Positions 1 through 11,504 of a stretch of 36,502 nucleotides of DNA are shown here, in pieces. The stretch covers positions 43,722 through 80,223 of the forward strand of contig CAYOAL010000026.1 of assembly GCA_964401935.1 (NCBI GenBank), read 5' to 3'. This DNA comes from an uncultured Polyangiaceae bacterium (GTDB taxonomy: Bacteria; Myxococcota_A; Polyangia; Polyangiales; Polyangiaceae). How positions within the stretch are numbered: the first letter of the stretch is position 1; the number at the start of each line of letters is the position of its first letter. The notes below the pieces were generated by a model that saw nothing but the letters and a program-made list of their open reading frames with translations, was not told where the DNA came from and did not search any database. The position numbers and the translations under genes are program-made.

Positions 1-307
1 CGGGCTTGGGCTTGGGATCGGGCTTGGGCTTGGGATCGGGCTTGGGCTTGGGATCGGGCTTGGGCTTGGGATCCGGCTTCGGATCGGGTTTGGGAGGAGG
101 CTTGGGCTTCGGCGGTGACGGCTTCGTCGGCGCGGGACGCGGCGGCTGCTGGGTGGGCAAGGGGGGCAGGGGCGGCGGCGATGGCTGCAACGCGGCCCGT
201 TCGGCGGCCCCCGGGGCGTTTCGGTCGGATCGGGCGGCGCCGCTGTCCACCGTGACGGTGGCGCCAACCGCGGCGAGCACGAGCCCGTGGGCGAGTTTCA
301 GCGTCAT
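1..307 (-). CDS. Partial CDS whose 3' end lies beyond the window start. It has an N-terminal hydrophobic anchor or signal (MTLKLAHGLVLAAVGATVTV), then a proline-rich tract ending in (DPKPKP)n. The architecture resembles the N-terminal and spacer part of a TonB-like protein.
   Basis: ATG at 307..305 preceded by AAGGAG 5 nt upstream. The translation was read directly off the minus strand. The DPKPKP repeats are encoded by the perfect 18-bp tandem repeat at 2-73. The gene starts 38 bp downstream of the PDZ-protein stop. Confidence 0.45.
   Translation of the reverse strand, partial: MTLKLAHGLVLAAVGATVTVDSGAARSDRNAPGAAERAALQPSPPPLPPLPTQQPPRPAPTKPSPPKPKPPPKPDPKPDPKPKPDPKPKPDPKPKPDPKPKP
2..112. repeat. 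18-bp tandem repeat GGGCTTGGGCTTGGGATC. There are four perfect copies at 2-73, then degenerate copies. It is coding on the minus strand as (DPKPKP)n.
   Basis: Direct inspection of the sequence. The repeat periodicity of 18 bp equals 6 codons. Confidence 0.9.
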
Positions 308-348
308 GGGTGCTCCTTGTGGCGCGGCGCAAACCGCGAAGCGTTGGC

Positions 349-1290
349 TCAGAGGATTCGGTAGTCGATGGTCTGCGTTTTCCCGTTGCGTTCGAACGAC
401 AGCGAGAGCCGGTTGGCGGTCTTCAGGCGGCCGTAGGCCTCGAGCGCCTTCTGGGGATTGGTGAGATCGAAGCCATTGATCGATTTGACGACGTCGCCGC
501 TCCGGATCCCGATCGCGTGGAGCAACGTGCCGGGGCGCGCGACGACCCTCAGGCCCACGACCTCGCCGTTCTCTCTGACGGGGCGCACGCGGGTCTGGCG
601 CATCAGCTCGGCCTGCCGCTCGAGCACCTCCTCGAACGCCGATCGCTCGATGGTGTACTCGTCCGCGCTCACGCGGGAGATCTTGTTGGCGATCTCGGCG
701 GGGACCGTGTTGGCTCGCGAGCGGCGCGAGCGCCGGGCGGGCCGCTTGGGGCGGGGCTTGGCGTTGGGGCGCGCCGTCGTGTCGCCGAGCTTCATGTGGC
801 ACGAGCCGGCGCCGCCTTCGAGCCACACGCGATCCCAGCCGATCGATCCCAACGTCCGATCGTCGACCGCATCGCCCACGCCGTAGATTCGACCCTTCCC
901 ACTGCGGGTGGTGATGGACGCGAACGCGTAGTCGGGCGCCCCGGCCACGATCGTCGTGACCACGCCGAAGTCGCACGCCTCCGAAGCCATGGTCGGCGTC
1001 GGCTCGGAGGGCGGGAGCGCGGGTGGGGGGACGGGGGCCGGCTCCCCGGTGAGGGGCCCGGTGGTGGAGTCGAACACGTTGCGCTTCAGGATCGGCGTGG
1101 CATCGGGCGGGGACGTCGGCGTGGCGGGGGCGCGGGCGGCGGGCCGAGGCGAGGCGACGTCGGTGGTCAGCTCGGCGGCCACGATTTGGGACAACCCGCG
1201 GGCCTGCGCGAAGGCCATGAGGGCCATCAGTGCCACGAGCACGAGCGGCCAGCCGCGCTCGAGGGTGAGGGGGAGGTCGGGGAAGCGCAC
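349..1290 (-). CDS. Membrane-anchored PDZ-domain protein. It resembles type II secretion protein GspC in having an N-terminal TM helix, a Pro-rich linker, a central domain and a C-terminal PDZ.
   Basis: N-terminal TM segment WPLVLVALMALMAF. Pro-rich segment. C-terminal PDZ-like region GLRVVARPGTLLHAIGIRSGDVVKSINGFDL. The assignment of the central domain as a GspC HR domain is inference only. Confidence 0.45.
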   Translation of the reverse strand: MRFPDLPLTLERGWPLVLVALMALMAFAQARGLSQIVAAELTTDVASPRPAARAPATPTSPPDATPILKRNVFDSTTGPLTGEPAPVPPPALPPSEPTPTMASEACDFGVVTTIVAGAPDYAFASITTRSGKGRIYGVGDAVDDRTLGSIGWDRVWLEGGAGSCHMKLGDTTARPNAKPRPKRPARRSRRSRANTVPAEIANKISRVSADEYTIERSAFEEVLERQAELMRQTRVRPVRENGEVVGLRVVARPGTLLHAIGIRSGDVVKSINGFDLTNPQKALEAYGRLKTANRLSLSFERNGKTQTIDYRIL

Positions 1291-1670
1291 GTCTCAGCCT
1301 CGTTGGCCACGCCCAGGGAGGCGCGCCGGTTGTTGGCTCCCGCGGATCCGTGGCCACGCGGTTCGTTCGCGGGCGGTGCGCGGGTGGAGACGCCCCGGCG
1401 GGGTGCTTCGTTCGTTGGGGGCTTCGGGATCGTGGAGCATGGGTGGGGTGATTCCGTCGCGGACGACACTTCACGACCCGTGCCGTCCCGCTCGCGAGCA
1501 AACCTCTGCGATCACGACCCTTTGGACGTGGGCTGAGCTGGGTTGGGCGTGGCAATCCGCCTCGTTCGTGACATGCCGCCACGCCGACCGAGCGACCCCG
1601 CGCCGCCTTGTCGGAGCGCGCGCGGCGCGCGGTTCGCCGCCACGAGGCGCCCCGGAGCGCGGCAAAGTCG

Positions 1671-2369
1671 ATGACAACACGAGGGAAAAGTCACCCCATG
1701 CGGACGCCCTTGACTGCCGTTGGCGGCTGCCTAGGAATCAGCTTGTTGACTCGCGGTGGCCAGGACGTCGTGGTGCTCGACGAGCTCTCTCGAGTCGAGG
1801 GGGCGCGGCTCGAGCGACGCGTTGCAGGGGATCGCTTCGAGCTCGACGATGGCGGCCACGGGGTGTTCTGCATCGCGTCGGGGTGTGTGATGGCGAGCAT
1901 CCTCGACGCGGACGGGGATGTGGTGCTCGCCACGCTCTCCACGAGCGGTGAGTTCATCGGCCTCGAGCGCTTGGTGGGGGTCTCCCCGCCCTATGAGCTC
2001 TTGGCGGTCGTCCCTACCGAGGTGTGCGTGCTCCCCTCGAAGGCGCTGCGTGCCTGGGCCAACGCCACTCAAGCGCGCCAGGCGGCGCTCATGGATCGGG
2101 CGCTCGCGGCGATGCATCACGGGATCGAGCAGCGGGTGCAGAACCACGGCACCGCGCTCGTGCGTACTGCTCGGTTCCTCGCGTCGATCGTCAAGAAGGG
2201 GTGCCTCGATCCCGCGGTGCTGCCGAAGCACGTGATCGCCAACCTGCTCGACATGCGGCCCGAGACCCTCTCGCGGGCGCTGCGTGAGCTCGAGCGGCGG
2301 GGCGCCATCGAGGTGAGCCCGCGCCTCACCGTGGTTCACGCTGGGACGTTGTTCGCGATCGGCACGTAG
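1671..2369 (+). CDS. Crp/Fnr-family transcriptional regulator with a cNMP-binding-like domain and a C-terminal HTH.
   Basis: The C-terminus, IANLLDMRPETLSRALRELERRGAI, is a typical Crp-family HTH. The length is about 230 aa. ATG at 1671 is in frame within the ORF 1608..2369, and 1698 is an alternative start. Confidence 0.7.
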   Translation: MTTRGKSHPMRTPLTAVGGCLGISLLTRGGQDVVVLDELSRVEGARLERRVAGDRFELDDGGHGVFCIASGCVMASILDADGDVVLATLSTSGEFIGLERLVGVSPPYELLAVVPTEVCVLPSKALRAWANATQARQAALMDRALAAMHHGIEQRVQNHGTALVRTARFLASIVKKGCLDPAVLPKHVIANLLDMRPETLSRALRELERRGAIEVSPRLTVVHAGTLFAIGT

Positions 2370-3061
2370 ATCGTCACCGTGGTCCCGCGGCCGGGCTCGC
2401 TCTCGATCGTGAGCTTGCCGCCAACGGCCTGGAGCACACGCTTGACGATGGCGAGGCCCAAGCCGCTCCCGGAGCGGTCGCCCTCCTTGGTCGAAAAGAA
2501 GGGCTCGGTCACCCGCTCGAGTGCGTGGGCACCAATCCCCCTCCCGTCGTCGGCCACCGAGATCGTTACGTAACGCGGCCCCGAGTCTGCGGTGTCTTCG
2601 GCGGCTCCGGTGGAGATGACGAGCCTGCCTCGAGCCGCGATCGCGTCCCCGGCGTTGGCGACCAGGTTCAGGAGCACCCGCTCGAACGAGGTGCGATCGA
2701 TCTGCACCGGCGACAAGAGCGGGGTGAGCTCCAGCTCGACGCTGATGTCGGGGCCCACGAGGGCGGTCAACAACGGGAGGAGCTCGTGCACCACCGCGTT
2801 CGCGTCCACCTCTCTCGGGTTCCCACCGCGCGTTCGCACCGTGTTTGCGAGCCTCTCCGTGAGACGAATGGCCGAGTCGGTGGCGGCGCGCATGCTCGCG
2901 AGCGCGTCCTCGCGGCCCGCGGCCGCGCCGCTCTCGAGCTGGGCGAGGTTGTTGGTGAGCACGAACAACAGGTTGTTCATGTCGTGCGCGACGCCGGCGA
3001 CGAACAGCTCGAGCGCGGCGTCGGCGAGGCCCTCGCCCCGTCTCCGTCCCTCATCCGTCAT
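2336..3061 (-). CDS. Minimal cytoplasmic sensor histidine kinase with HisKA and HATPase_c domains and no recognisable sensor or TM region.
   Basis: H-box AHDMNNLL near the N-terminus. Also the N-box LVANAGDA, the G1 motif DDGRGI and the G2 motif GSGLGLAIV. It is convergent with the first Crp gene, and their ends overlap by 34 bp. Confidence 0.75.
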   Translation of the reverse strand: MTDEGRRRGEGLADAALELFVAGVAHDMNNLLFVLTNNLAQLESGAAAGREDALASMRAATDSAIRLTERLANTVRTRGGNPREVDANAVVHELLPLLTALVGPDISVELELTPLLSPVQIDRTSFERVLLNLVANAGDAIAARGRLVISTGAAEDTADSGPRYVTISVADDGRGIGAHALERVTEPFFSTKEGDRSGSGLGLAIVKRVLQAVGGKLTIESEPGRGTTVTIYVPIANNVPA

Positions 3062-3153
3062 GCGCGATCCTCAGCCCCGGAGCATAGTGACGGGACGGAT
3101 CGAGGCGCCTTGATCGCCGTCAAGTTGACGGCGGTCAAGGACATGGAAGGGGC

Positions 3154-3175
3154 GCTCACACTAAAGCTCGTGAGC
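3154..3175. promoter_or_regulatory. Perfect palindrome GCTCAC-N10-GTGAGC lying between the HK start and the second Crp-family gene.
   Basis: Read directly from the sequence. It sits immediately upstream of the GTG at 3178. Confidence 0.3.
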
Positions 3176-3177
3176 GA

Positions 3178-3795
3178 GTGAGTCGAAGACCGGCAAGTGA
3201 GCTTCTGGGGGCGATCGGAGGCGCGCGTCGTGACCGGCTCCCGCCCGATCACCTCGTCGAGGTCGACCCCGCCGACCGCCTCGTCGTCTATTTGGAGTCG
3301 GGGGAGGTGCTCGTCACGCTCACCGACAGCAGCGGTCGCGAGACGCTCTGCATGCACCGTGTGGCGGGTACCTTCGTCGGCATCGAGGCCCTGCAAGACG
3401 CACGTTGGCCGTACCAGATCTGGACCCTCACCGCGGTGGAGCTGTGGTTCGTCTCGAGCGACCGCTTCGACGCCTGGCTCGCCTCCCATCCGCATCCCAC
3501 TCGAGATCTGGTGGCGGCCACGGTGGGCACCTTGCGGCTCAGCATCGCGGAGCGGGTGGCGCTCGCCGGCAACGCCACCGCGCGCGTCGCGCGCTACCTC
3601 GCCGCGGCCTCCGTGAGCACACGCGCGAACGCGTTGTGGCCGCGCCGCAAGAACGTGCTCGCGCGGATCCTGCAGATGCGCCCCGAGACGTTCTCACGCG
3701 TGCTGCGTCGCCTCGAGGAGGCGGGGGCGGTGCGCACCGAGCCACGCCTCGAGGTCGTGGATGCCGCGGTGCTCGAGCGGTTCATGGCCGAGTGA
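3178..3795 (+). CDS. Crp/Fnr-family transcriptional regulator (second paralog).
   Basis: The C-terminal HTH, LARILQMRPETFSRVLRRLEEAGAV, is nearly identical in pattern to the HTH of the gene at 1671-2369. It is 205 aa with a GTG start. Confidence 0.7.
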   Translation: MSRRPASELLGAIGGARRDRLPPDHLVEVDPADRLVVYLESGEVLVTLTDSSGRETLCMHRVAGTFVGIEALQDARWPYQIWTLTAVELWFVSSDRFDAWLASHPHPTRDLVAATVGTLRLSIAERVALAGNATARVARYLAAASVSTRANALWPRRKNVLARILQMRPETFSRVLRRLEEAGAVRTEPRLEVVDAAVLERFMAE

Positions 3796-3803
3796 GGCGC
3801 TCC

Positions 3804-4301
3804 TCACGGGCCGTCGACGATCGCCACGGCCCCTTTGGCGGTGCAAGGCGAGGCGCAGGCGCCGTCGCTCTTCACGACTCGCTCGCGGTAGGCGTAGTCG
3901 AGCTCACCGTCACCGACGCGCCCCGTGAGCGACTGCGTGGTGCGCCACACGCAGCCATCTTCGAAGGTGAACTCCGAGCTCGCGGTGGCCTCGAACCGGC
4001 CCTTGGCCACGGTCCCCTTGAAGTTGAAGCCGCCGAGATCCACCTTGGTCTCGCCGCCGCGACAGCGAAAGCGAGCCTTCCCGGTCGCGCCGCGTCGGGG
4101 CGTGTCGACGAAGCAGCCGGCCTGGGTGCCGAGCGTCGCCACCTTCAGGGCGAGGACGCAGGTGGCTTCGCCTTCGAGGAGCGGCCACGCCGACCCGTGC
4201 GGTCCGCCTTCGCTGGTCGGCAGCGCCGCCGAGCTCGGCGCTGCGAGGAACGCGAGCACCGCGAGCACCGCGCCACGTCTCCCGAGCCCCACACCGCCCA
4301 T
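3804..4301 (-). CDS. Small secreted hypothetical protein with an N-terminal signal peptide and several Cys.
   Basis: Signal-like N-terminus AVLAVLAFLAAPSSAA. Non-repetitive composition. It is co-directional with the Hsp70-kinase gene and lies downstream of it. Confidence 0.4.
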   Translation of the reverse strand: MGGVGLGRRGAVLAVLAFLAAPSSAALPTSEGGPHGSAWPLLEGEATCVLALKVATLGTQAGCFVDTPRRGATGKARFRCRGGETKVDLGGFNFKGTVAKGRFEATASSEFTFEDGCVWRTTQSLTGRVGDGELDYAYRERVVKSDGACASPCTAKGAVAIVDGP

Positions 4302-4438
4302 GCGTTCACCTCATCACCGGCGCCCGCGAGCAGCAAGCTCCGAGCAAGGCTGCGTCGCGAGACGCGGCTACCCGCTCCCGCGACGATCTCCGTGGGTCTC
4401 CCAGCCACGCTCTGCTGGGTCGGCCAAGTCACCCCCTG

Positions 4439-7087
<2,649 letters not shown>

Positions 7088-7234
7088 CGCAATTGCCCCA
7101 GGCTCCCTATAGTGGGGATCGGGTGCGATCGCACCTCCGTAAAACCACCCGCGCGTGACCGAGGCAACGCTCGGGAGGGAGGTGCGGGCGCAGCCCTCAA
7201 CCAGCGCGCCGCTCGGCGCCGCTCGCCCTTGGGG

Positions 7235-8380
7235 TCAGGGACAGGGGAACAACGCGTCGAGCGCGGCGGTAGCGGTGGCCACGTCGACCTCGGCGCTCGA
7301 GCTCGCCGAGAGCTCGTCGCGGAGGATCGCCGCTTGTCCCGGGTCACGAGCGGTCGCCGCCCGATCGAGGGCCGGGCCCAGGATCTTCAGCGACTCCCAG
7401 GCGGTGTCGCAGGGGAGGGTGGAGAGGCGCTGGCGCACGATGAGGGCGAGGCCGCGATCGAGCGCCCGATCGAGCTGAGCGAGCGCCCTCCCATGCAGCG
7501 CGTCGTCCATGGCGGTGCCGCCTGGGTTGTCGAGATCGCGCCAGCAGCGCACGGCGAGGATCGCGTCCCAGGTGGCCGCGTGGGCCTGCGGGCTCCGGGC
7601 CTCGACGTAGCGGGCGAAGCCGAAGGCCGGAGAGCGGGCCTGGGTGCCTGCGTAATAGGCGGACGACGAGTCGCAGTCTTTCGCGGTGTCCTTGCAGGTG
7701 ACGGCCTCCTTGTAGGCAGACACGTAGAAGAACCACAGGAGCGCCGCCTCCACCCTCGCCGCGTTGAGCGCAGGCTCCTCGCCTTGGGCGCCGGCGGCGA
7801 GGGCCTCGTTGAGGAGGGGCTGCATCCGCGCCGGTCCGACGCAGCGTTCGGGGTGGCTCGCGAGCTCGTCGGCGGACAGATCGCGACAGCTCGCAGGCGC
7901 CGGCGGGTAGTGCTCGTCCTCGCGGCGCGACACGCGCGAGTCGAGCCCTTCGGGCTCGGTGTAGGCGACGCGTGCGTCGATGAAGGCTTGGGGCGCGGGC
8001 GCAGCCCCGGTCCCGAAGCCGAGGCGTGTGGCCATTTGCTCGAAGGCGGCGACGCGGGCGTTGGTGGAGATGTTCGACTCGATCGGGTGATAGACGCCGT
8101 CGTCGGAGATGCACGCCGGCCACGTGTCGTTCGCGGAGCCGTCGTCCCGCGGTTGGTAGTCGTCGGCGTCGGGCGCGCAGCCCTCGCCATCCGTCACCTC
8201 GATGGATTCGTCGGCGGGGCAGCCAGGGACGCCGTCGCCGCCGCCGGCGCCGGGCTTCGGATCCGGATCCCCTTTGCAACCGGGCGCGCCGAGCAGCGTG
8301 GCGAGGACGAGGAAGGGAGCGAGGCTCGGGCGGGACGCGGCGCTCGGGGGCGGCCGACGAGGGGGGGTCTCCGTCAGCAT
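7235..8380 (-). CDS. Hypothetical secreted protein or lipoprotein encoded immediately downstream of the TonB-dependent receptor.
   Basis: Signal peptide and Cys, LAPFLVLATLLGAPGC. Multiple Cys. No recognisable catalytic motif. The start may instead be at 8452, which would overlap the receptor gene's 3' end. Confidence 0.5.
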   Translation of the reverse strand: MLTETPPRRPPPSAASRPSLAPFLVLATLLGAPGCKGDPDPKPGAGGGDGVPGCPADESIEVTDGEGCAPDADDYQPRDDGSANDTWPACISDDGVYHPIESNISTNARVAAFEQMATRLGFGTGAAPAPQAFIDARVAYTEPEGLDSRVSRREDEHYPPAPASCRDLSADELASHPERCVGPARMQPLLNEALAAGAQGEEPALNAARVEAALLWFFYVSAYKEAVTCKDTAKDCDSSSAYYAGTQARSPAFGFARYVEARSPQAHAATWDAILAVRCWRDLDNPGGTAMDDALHGRALAQLDRALDRGLALIVRQRLSTLPCDTAWESLKILGPALDRAATARDPGQAAILRDELSASSSAEVDVATATAALDALFPCP

Positions 8381-8426
8381 GGCGAAGACAGCATAGCGCA
8401 CGGTCTCCGCGACGACAGCCAACGCG

Positions 8427-10712
8427 TCAGAAGCCCCCTTGGAGCTGGGCACGGAGGCCGCGACCGGCGCCGTTGAGGCTCGAGCCGTGCTGGCGGTAGG
8501 CGCTGTCGCCGACGTTCTCGACGACGAGCGCGACGAGGAGCTTGTCGCTCAGGCGGTAGCCGGCGCGCAGATCGACCACCGCGAAGCCCGGCGTGCCGCC
8601 GGCGGGGATCCGTGCGTCGCCGAGATCGCTCGGCGCGAGCCGATCCTGGAGGGTCGCCCAGCGGAGCGCGGCCCCGAGGTACAGGCCGAGGTCTCCGTGC
8701 CAGCGGGCTGCGACGCTGCCGTTGAGCGGCGGGATGCGCGACAAGGGCACGTCTTGTTCGTAGGGCGTCGCCGCGTTGGGGGGGCGCGGCTCGGGGTTGG
8801 GTCCCTCGCCGTGGGTGAGCGCGACGGTGGCCCGCAGGGAGAAGCCGAACGGCAGGCGCGCGCGCGCGGAGCCCTCCAACCCTTGGATGATGGCCACGCC
8901 GGGGAGGTTCACCAGTTGCAGGCGAGTCCACGACGCGAGGCACTGCGAGAGGCCGGCCGGGCAGTCGCCTTCGTCGCGGAGGGCTCGGGCGATGGCCCCC
9001 TGCACGTGGGAGCGGAAGGCCCACACGTCGGCCTCCACGTGGGGCGTGGTCACGCGCGCGCCGAGCTCCAGGCTCAACGCGCGCTCGGGCTCGAGGCCCG
9101 CGTTCTCGAACTGGAAGCCGGGGCCCGTCTGTTGGCGCGCGGTGAGATCGTCGAGGTTGGGGGCACGAAACGAGCGATCGACGTGGCCGAGGAACGACAG
9201 CTCGGGGATGGGGCGAACCTCGACGCCGGCGCGGCCGACCAGCGCCGGCCACGACCGACCTACGGCGACGGAGTCGGTCTCCGGATCGCGAGGCGCGTCG
9301 GCGCGTACGCCGCCTACGCGGCTGCCGGCGCGGAGGAACACGTGCTCCCCGAGGCCCACCTCACCGTCGACGAACAGGCCGCCGTGCACGTAGGTGGAGC
9401 TCGCTAGGTACTGTCCACGCGACTGGAAGGTGAGCACGTCGATGTCGGTGAACTCGGTCCACGCGGTGGAGTCGACGTGATCGACGTAGACGTCGCCGCC
9501 GTAGGTGAGGGTGACGGGCACCTTGGGGCCGAGGTGGATGGGCGCGAGCGTCGAGGTGGCGGCGAGCCCGAAGGTGTCCACGTCGTCGCGCCCGCCGTTC
9601 ACGACGAAGGCGGCCGGCCGATCGTAGCGGCGCCGCTCGTGCTGACGCTGGTAGGAGAGGGTGATCCGCGCCCGTCGCCCGGCGGCGCCGAGATCGCCCT
9701 GATAGGCGAGATAGGCGAGGGTACGAAACTGCTCTTCGTAGGTGAGGCACTCGGAGATGGGGGCGAACGGCGGCGGACACTTGTCGGTGCGCGGCGCGTC
9801 GAACTGGCGATAGAGATAGGTGGCCGCCACCAGGCGTCGACCAGGACCGAGGCCGTAGACGACGCGGCCATCGCCGGTCATCTCGCGGAAGCCGGTGCCG
9901 AGCTGCGTGCGCCCGTCGTCGTCGAACGCTGGCACCTCGGCGGGCCGGCCGTCGCCGGGGCCGAGCACCGGGCCGCCGCTCTCGAGGCGTCCCACGTTGC
10001 GAGCGCCGGCACCCACGCGAAAGCGGAGCGCGTCATCGATCTGCGTGTCGAGCTGGCTGTAGAAGCCGAGCTCCTCGTCGGCCGAGCCGAAGCGCAAGAG
10101 CGCCCGCGGTCGGACGCGAAACCCGCGGCCGAGCTCGGTGCGAGGCTCCATGGGGTGGGCCTCGATCACGCCACCGATGGCGTCGGTGCCGTAGCGGGTC
10201 GAGGCGCCGCCGCGTGTCACCTCGAGCGAGTGCACGGTCTGGGCGTCGACGGTAAAGAAATATTGGTTGGGACCTTGGCGAAAGGTGGAGTTGTTGAGAC
10301 GCACGCCGTCGAACAAGAGGAGCGTCTGCTGTCCGGTGCGCCCCCGAATGTAGGGTGACGCCTGGCCGTGCGCGGTCTGTTGCACGAACACTCCGGGCTC
10401 GTAGCGGAGCGCATCGGGCGCCGAGCGCGGTAGCTCCTCATCGAGCTCCATGCGGTCGACCTTCGAGCTCGCTCGCCCCGGCGTGCCCCCACGGTCGGAG
10501 CGCGGCGCGTGCACATCTACCACCGCCGCGTCTTCGCCTTCCCCTTCGTCGTCGCTCGCGCTGCGGGTGGGCTCTGGCTCGCTCGGCCTCGGTTCGGCGG
10601 CGACGGGCGCGGCGCCGAGCAACCACGCGGCGAGGGTCGCCACCACCCCCCACCGGCGCTCGCCGGTCGTGCGCGCGCACGCGTTGGAGATCGGCTGGGG
10701 CGAGGCCCTCAT
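8427..10712 (-). CDS. TonB-dependent outer-membrane receptor.
   Basis: Signal peptide and an N-terminal plug region containing DALRYEPGVFV...SPYIRGRTGQQTLLLFDGVRLN. Glycine- and aromatic-rich beta-barrel body. Terminal aromatic residue, ...QGGF. Confidence 0.8.
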   Translation of the reverse strand: MRASPQPISNACARTTGERRWGVVATLAAWLLGAAPVAAEPRPSEPEPTRSASDDEGEGEDAAVVDVHAPRSDRGGTPGRASSKVDRMELDEELPRSAPDALRYEPGVFVQQTAHGQASPYIRGRTGQQTLLLFDGVRLNNSTFRQGPNQYFFTVDAQTVHSLEVTRGGASTRYGTDAIGGVIEAHPMEPRTELGRGFRVRPRALLRFGSADEELGFYSQLDTQIDDALRFRVGAGARNVGRLESGGPVLGPGDGRPAEVPAFDDDGRTQLGTGFREMTGDGRVVYGLGPGRRLVAATYLYRQFDAPRTDKCPPPFAPISECLTYEEQFRTLAYLAYQGDLGAAGRRARITLSYQRQHERRRYDRPAAFVVNGGRDDVDTFGLAATSTLAPIHLGPKVPVTLTYGGDVYVDHVDSTAWTEFTDIDVLTFQSRGQYLASSTYVHGGLFVDGEVGLGEHVFLRAGSRVGGVRADAPRDPETDSVAVGRSWPALVGRAGVEVRPIPELSFLGHVDRSFRAPNLDDLTARQQTGPGFQFENAGLEPERALSLELGARVTTPHVEADVWAFRSHVQGAIARALRDEGDCPAGLSQCLASWTRLQLVNLPGVAIIQGLEGSARARLPFGFSLRATVALTHGEGPNPEPRPPNAATPYEQDVPLSRIPPLNGSVAARWHGDLGLYLGAALRWATLQDRLAPSDLGDARIPAGGTPGFAVVDLRAGYRLSDKLLVALVVENVGDSAYRQHGSSLNGAGRGLRAQLQGGF

Positions 10713-10856
10713 CGGCGGGCATGCTACATGACCCGCCTCGGCGCAGCCCGGTCAACCTGTCTGGACGTGCCGCTCCGCCTGGGCACCCCGCCTCCTCCCC
10801 CTATCGCGAGGTCGCGCGTGCGACCTCACTGCGTTATCGTCGGCTCGGAGGTTCTG

Positions 10857-11483
10857 TTGAACGCAACCAACGGAGTGTGGCTCGTGGTGGCGGCGCTCGG
10901 CGCGTGCGCCTGCGACGCAGGGGGAGCCGAGGCGCCGAGCGACGCGGGCCCGGCGGTGGCCGCGGGCTCGGCGGAGCCCGCCCCGAGCGCGAGCGTGGCC
11001 CCCGAGCCGCCGCCCGCCGCCGAGCCAAGGGCGGAGAACGCGATCACCTTCGCCAGCAAGCGGGTCGGGAGCGACGGGTTCGCGCTCGCCCACGTCGAGG
11101 CGGCGCAGCACTCGCTGTCCACGGGCGCGAAGGACTACGTGGCGCTCATCGTGCACCTCGCCAACTACGATCGACAGCGAGGCGACTACTTGCCCGATCC
11201 GAGCAAAGACGGTCACCGCCGCATCACGCTCAACTTCGCGTCGAAGGGGCCGCTCGCGGTGGGCACCTATCCCGTCGGCGGGGTGCTCGGCGTGAGCAAC
11301 AAACTCTCGGTGGGGATCCACGCCCGCGACGAGCACATCGGCCTCATCAACGGCCGCGGCGAGGGCGAGATCACCTACCTCGAGGACGGCAAGGTGCGGG
11401 GCAAGGTGCGGGTCGAGGACGATCACGGCACCCGCGTCGAGGCGAGCTTCGACACCGCGTACACCGTCGCGCCCAAGCGCTGA
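10857..11483 (+). CDS. Hypothetical lipoprotein, divergently transcribed from the TonB-dependent receptor.
   Basis: Lipobox-like LVVAALGAC. Pro- and Ala-rich linker, then a globular C-terminal region. The start is uncertain; TTG at 10857 is in frame with the ORF 10509..11483. Confidence 0.4.
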   Translation: MNATNGVWLVVAALGACACDAGGAEAPSDAGPAVAAGSAEPAPSASVAPEPPPAAEPRAENAITFASKRVGSDGFALAHVEAAQHSLSTGAKDYVALIVHLANYDRQRGDYLPDPSKDGHRRITLNFASKGPLAVGTYPVGGVLGVSNKLSVGIHARDEHIGLINGRGEGEITYLEDGKVRGKVRVEDDHGTRVEASFDTAYTVAPKR

Positions 11484-11504
11484 GCTCGGGGACGTGGGAG
11501 CGCG

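Noticed and set aside
3154-3175. Interpreting GCTCAC-N10-GTGAGC as a canonical CRP/FNR box.
   Set aside because: The half-site order and spacing (TCAC...GTGA with N10) do not match TGTGA-N6-TCACA or TTGAT-N4-ATCAA. It is kept only as an unassigned palindrome.
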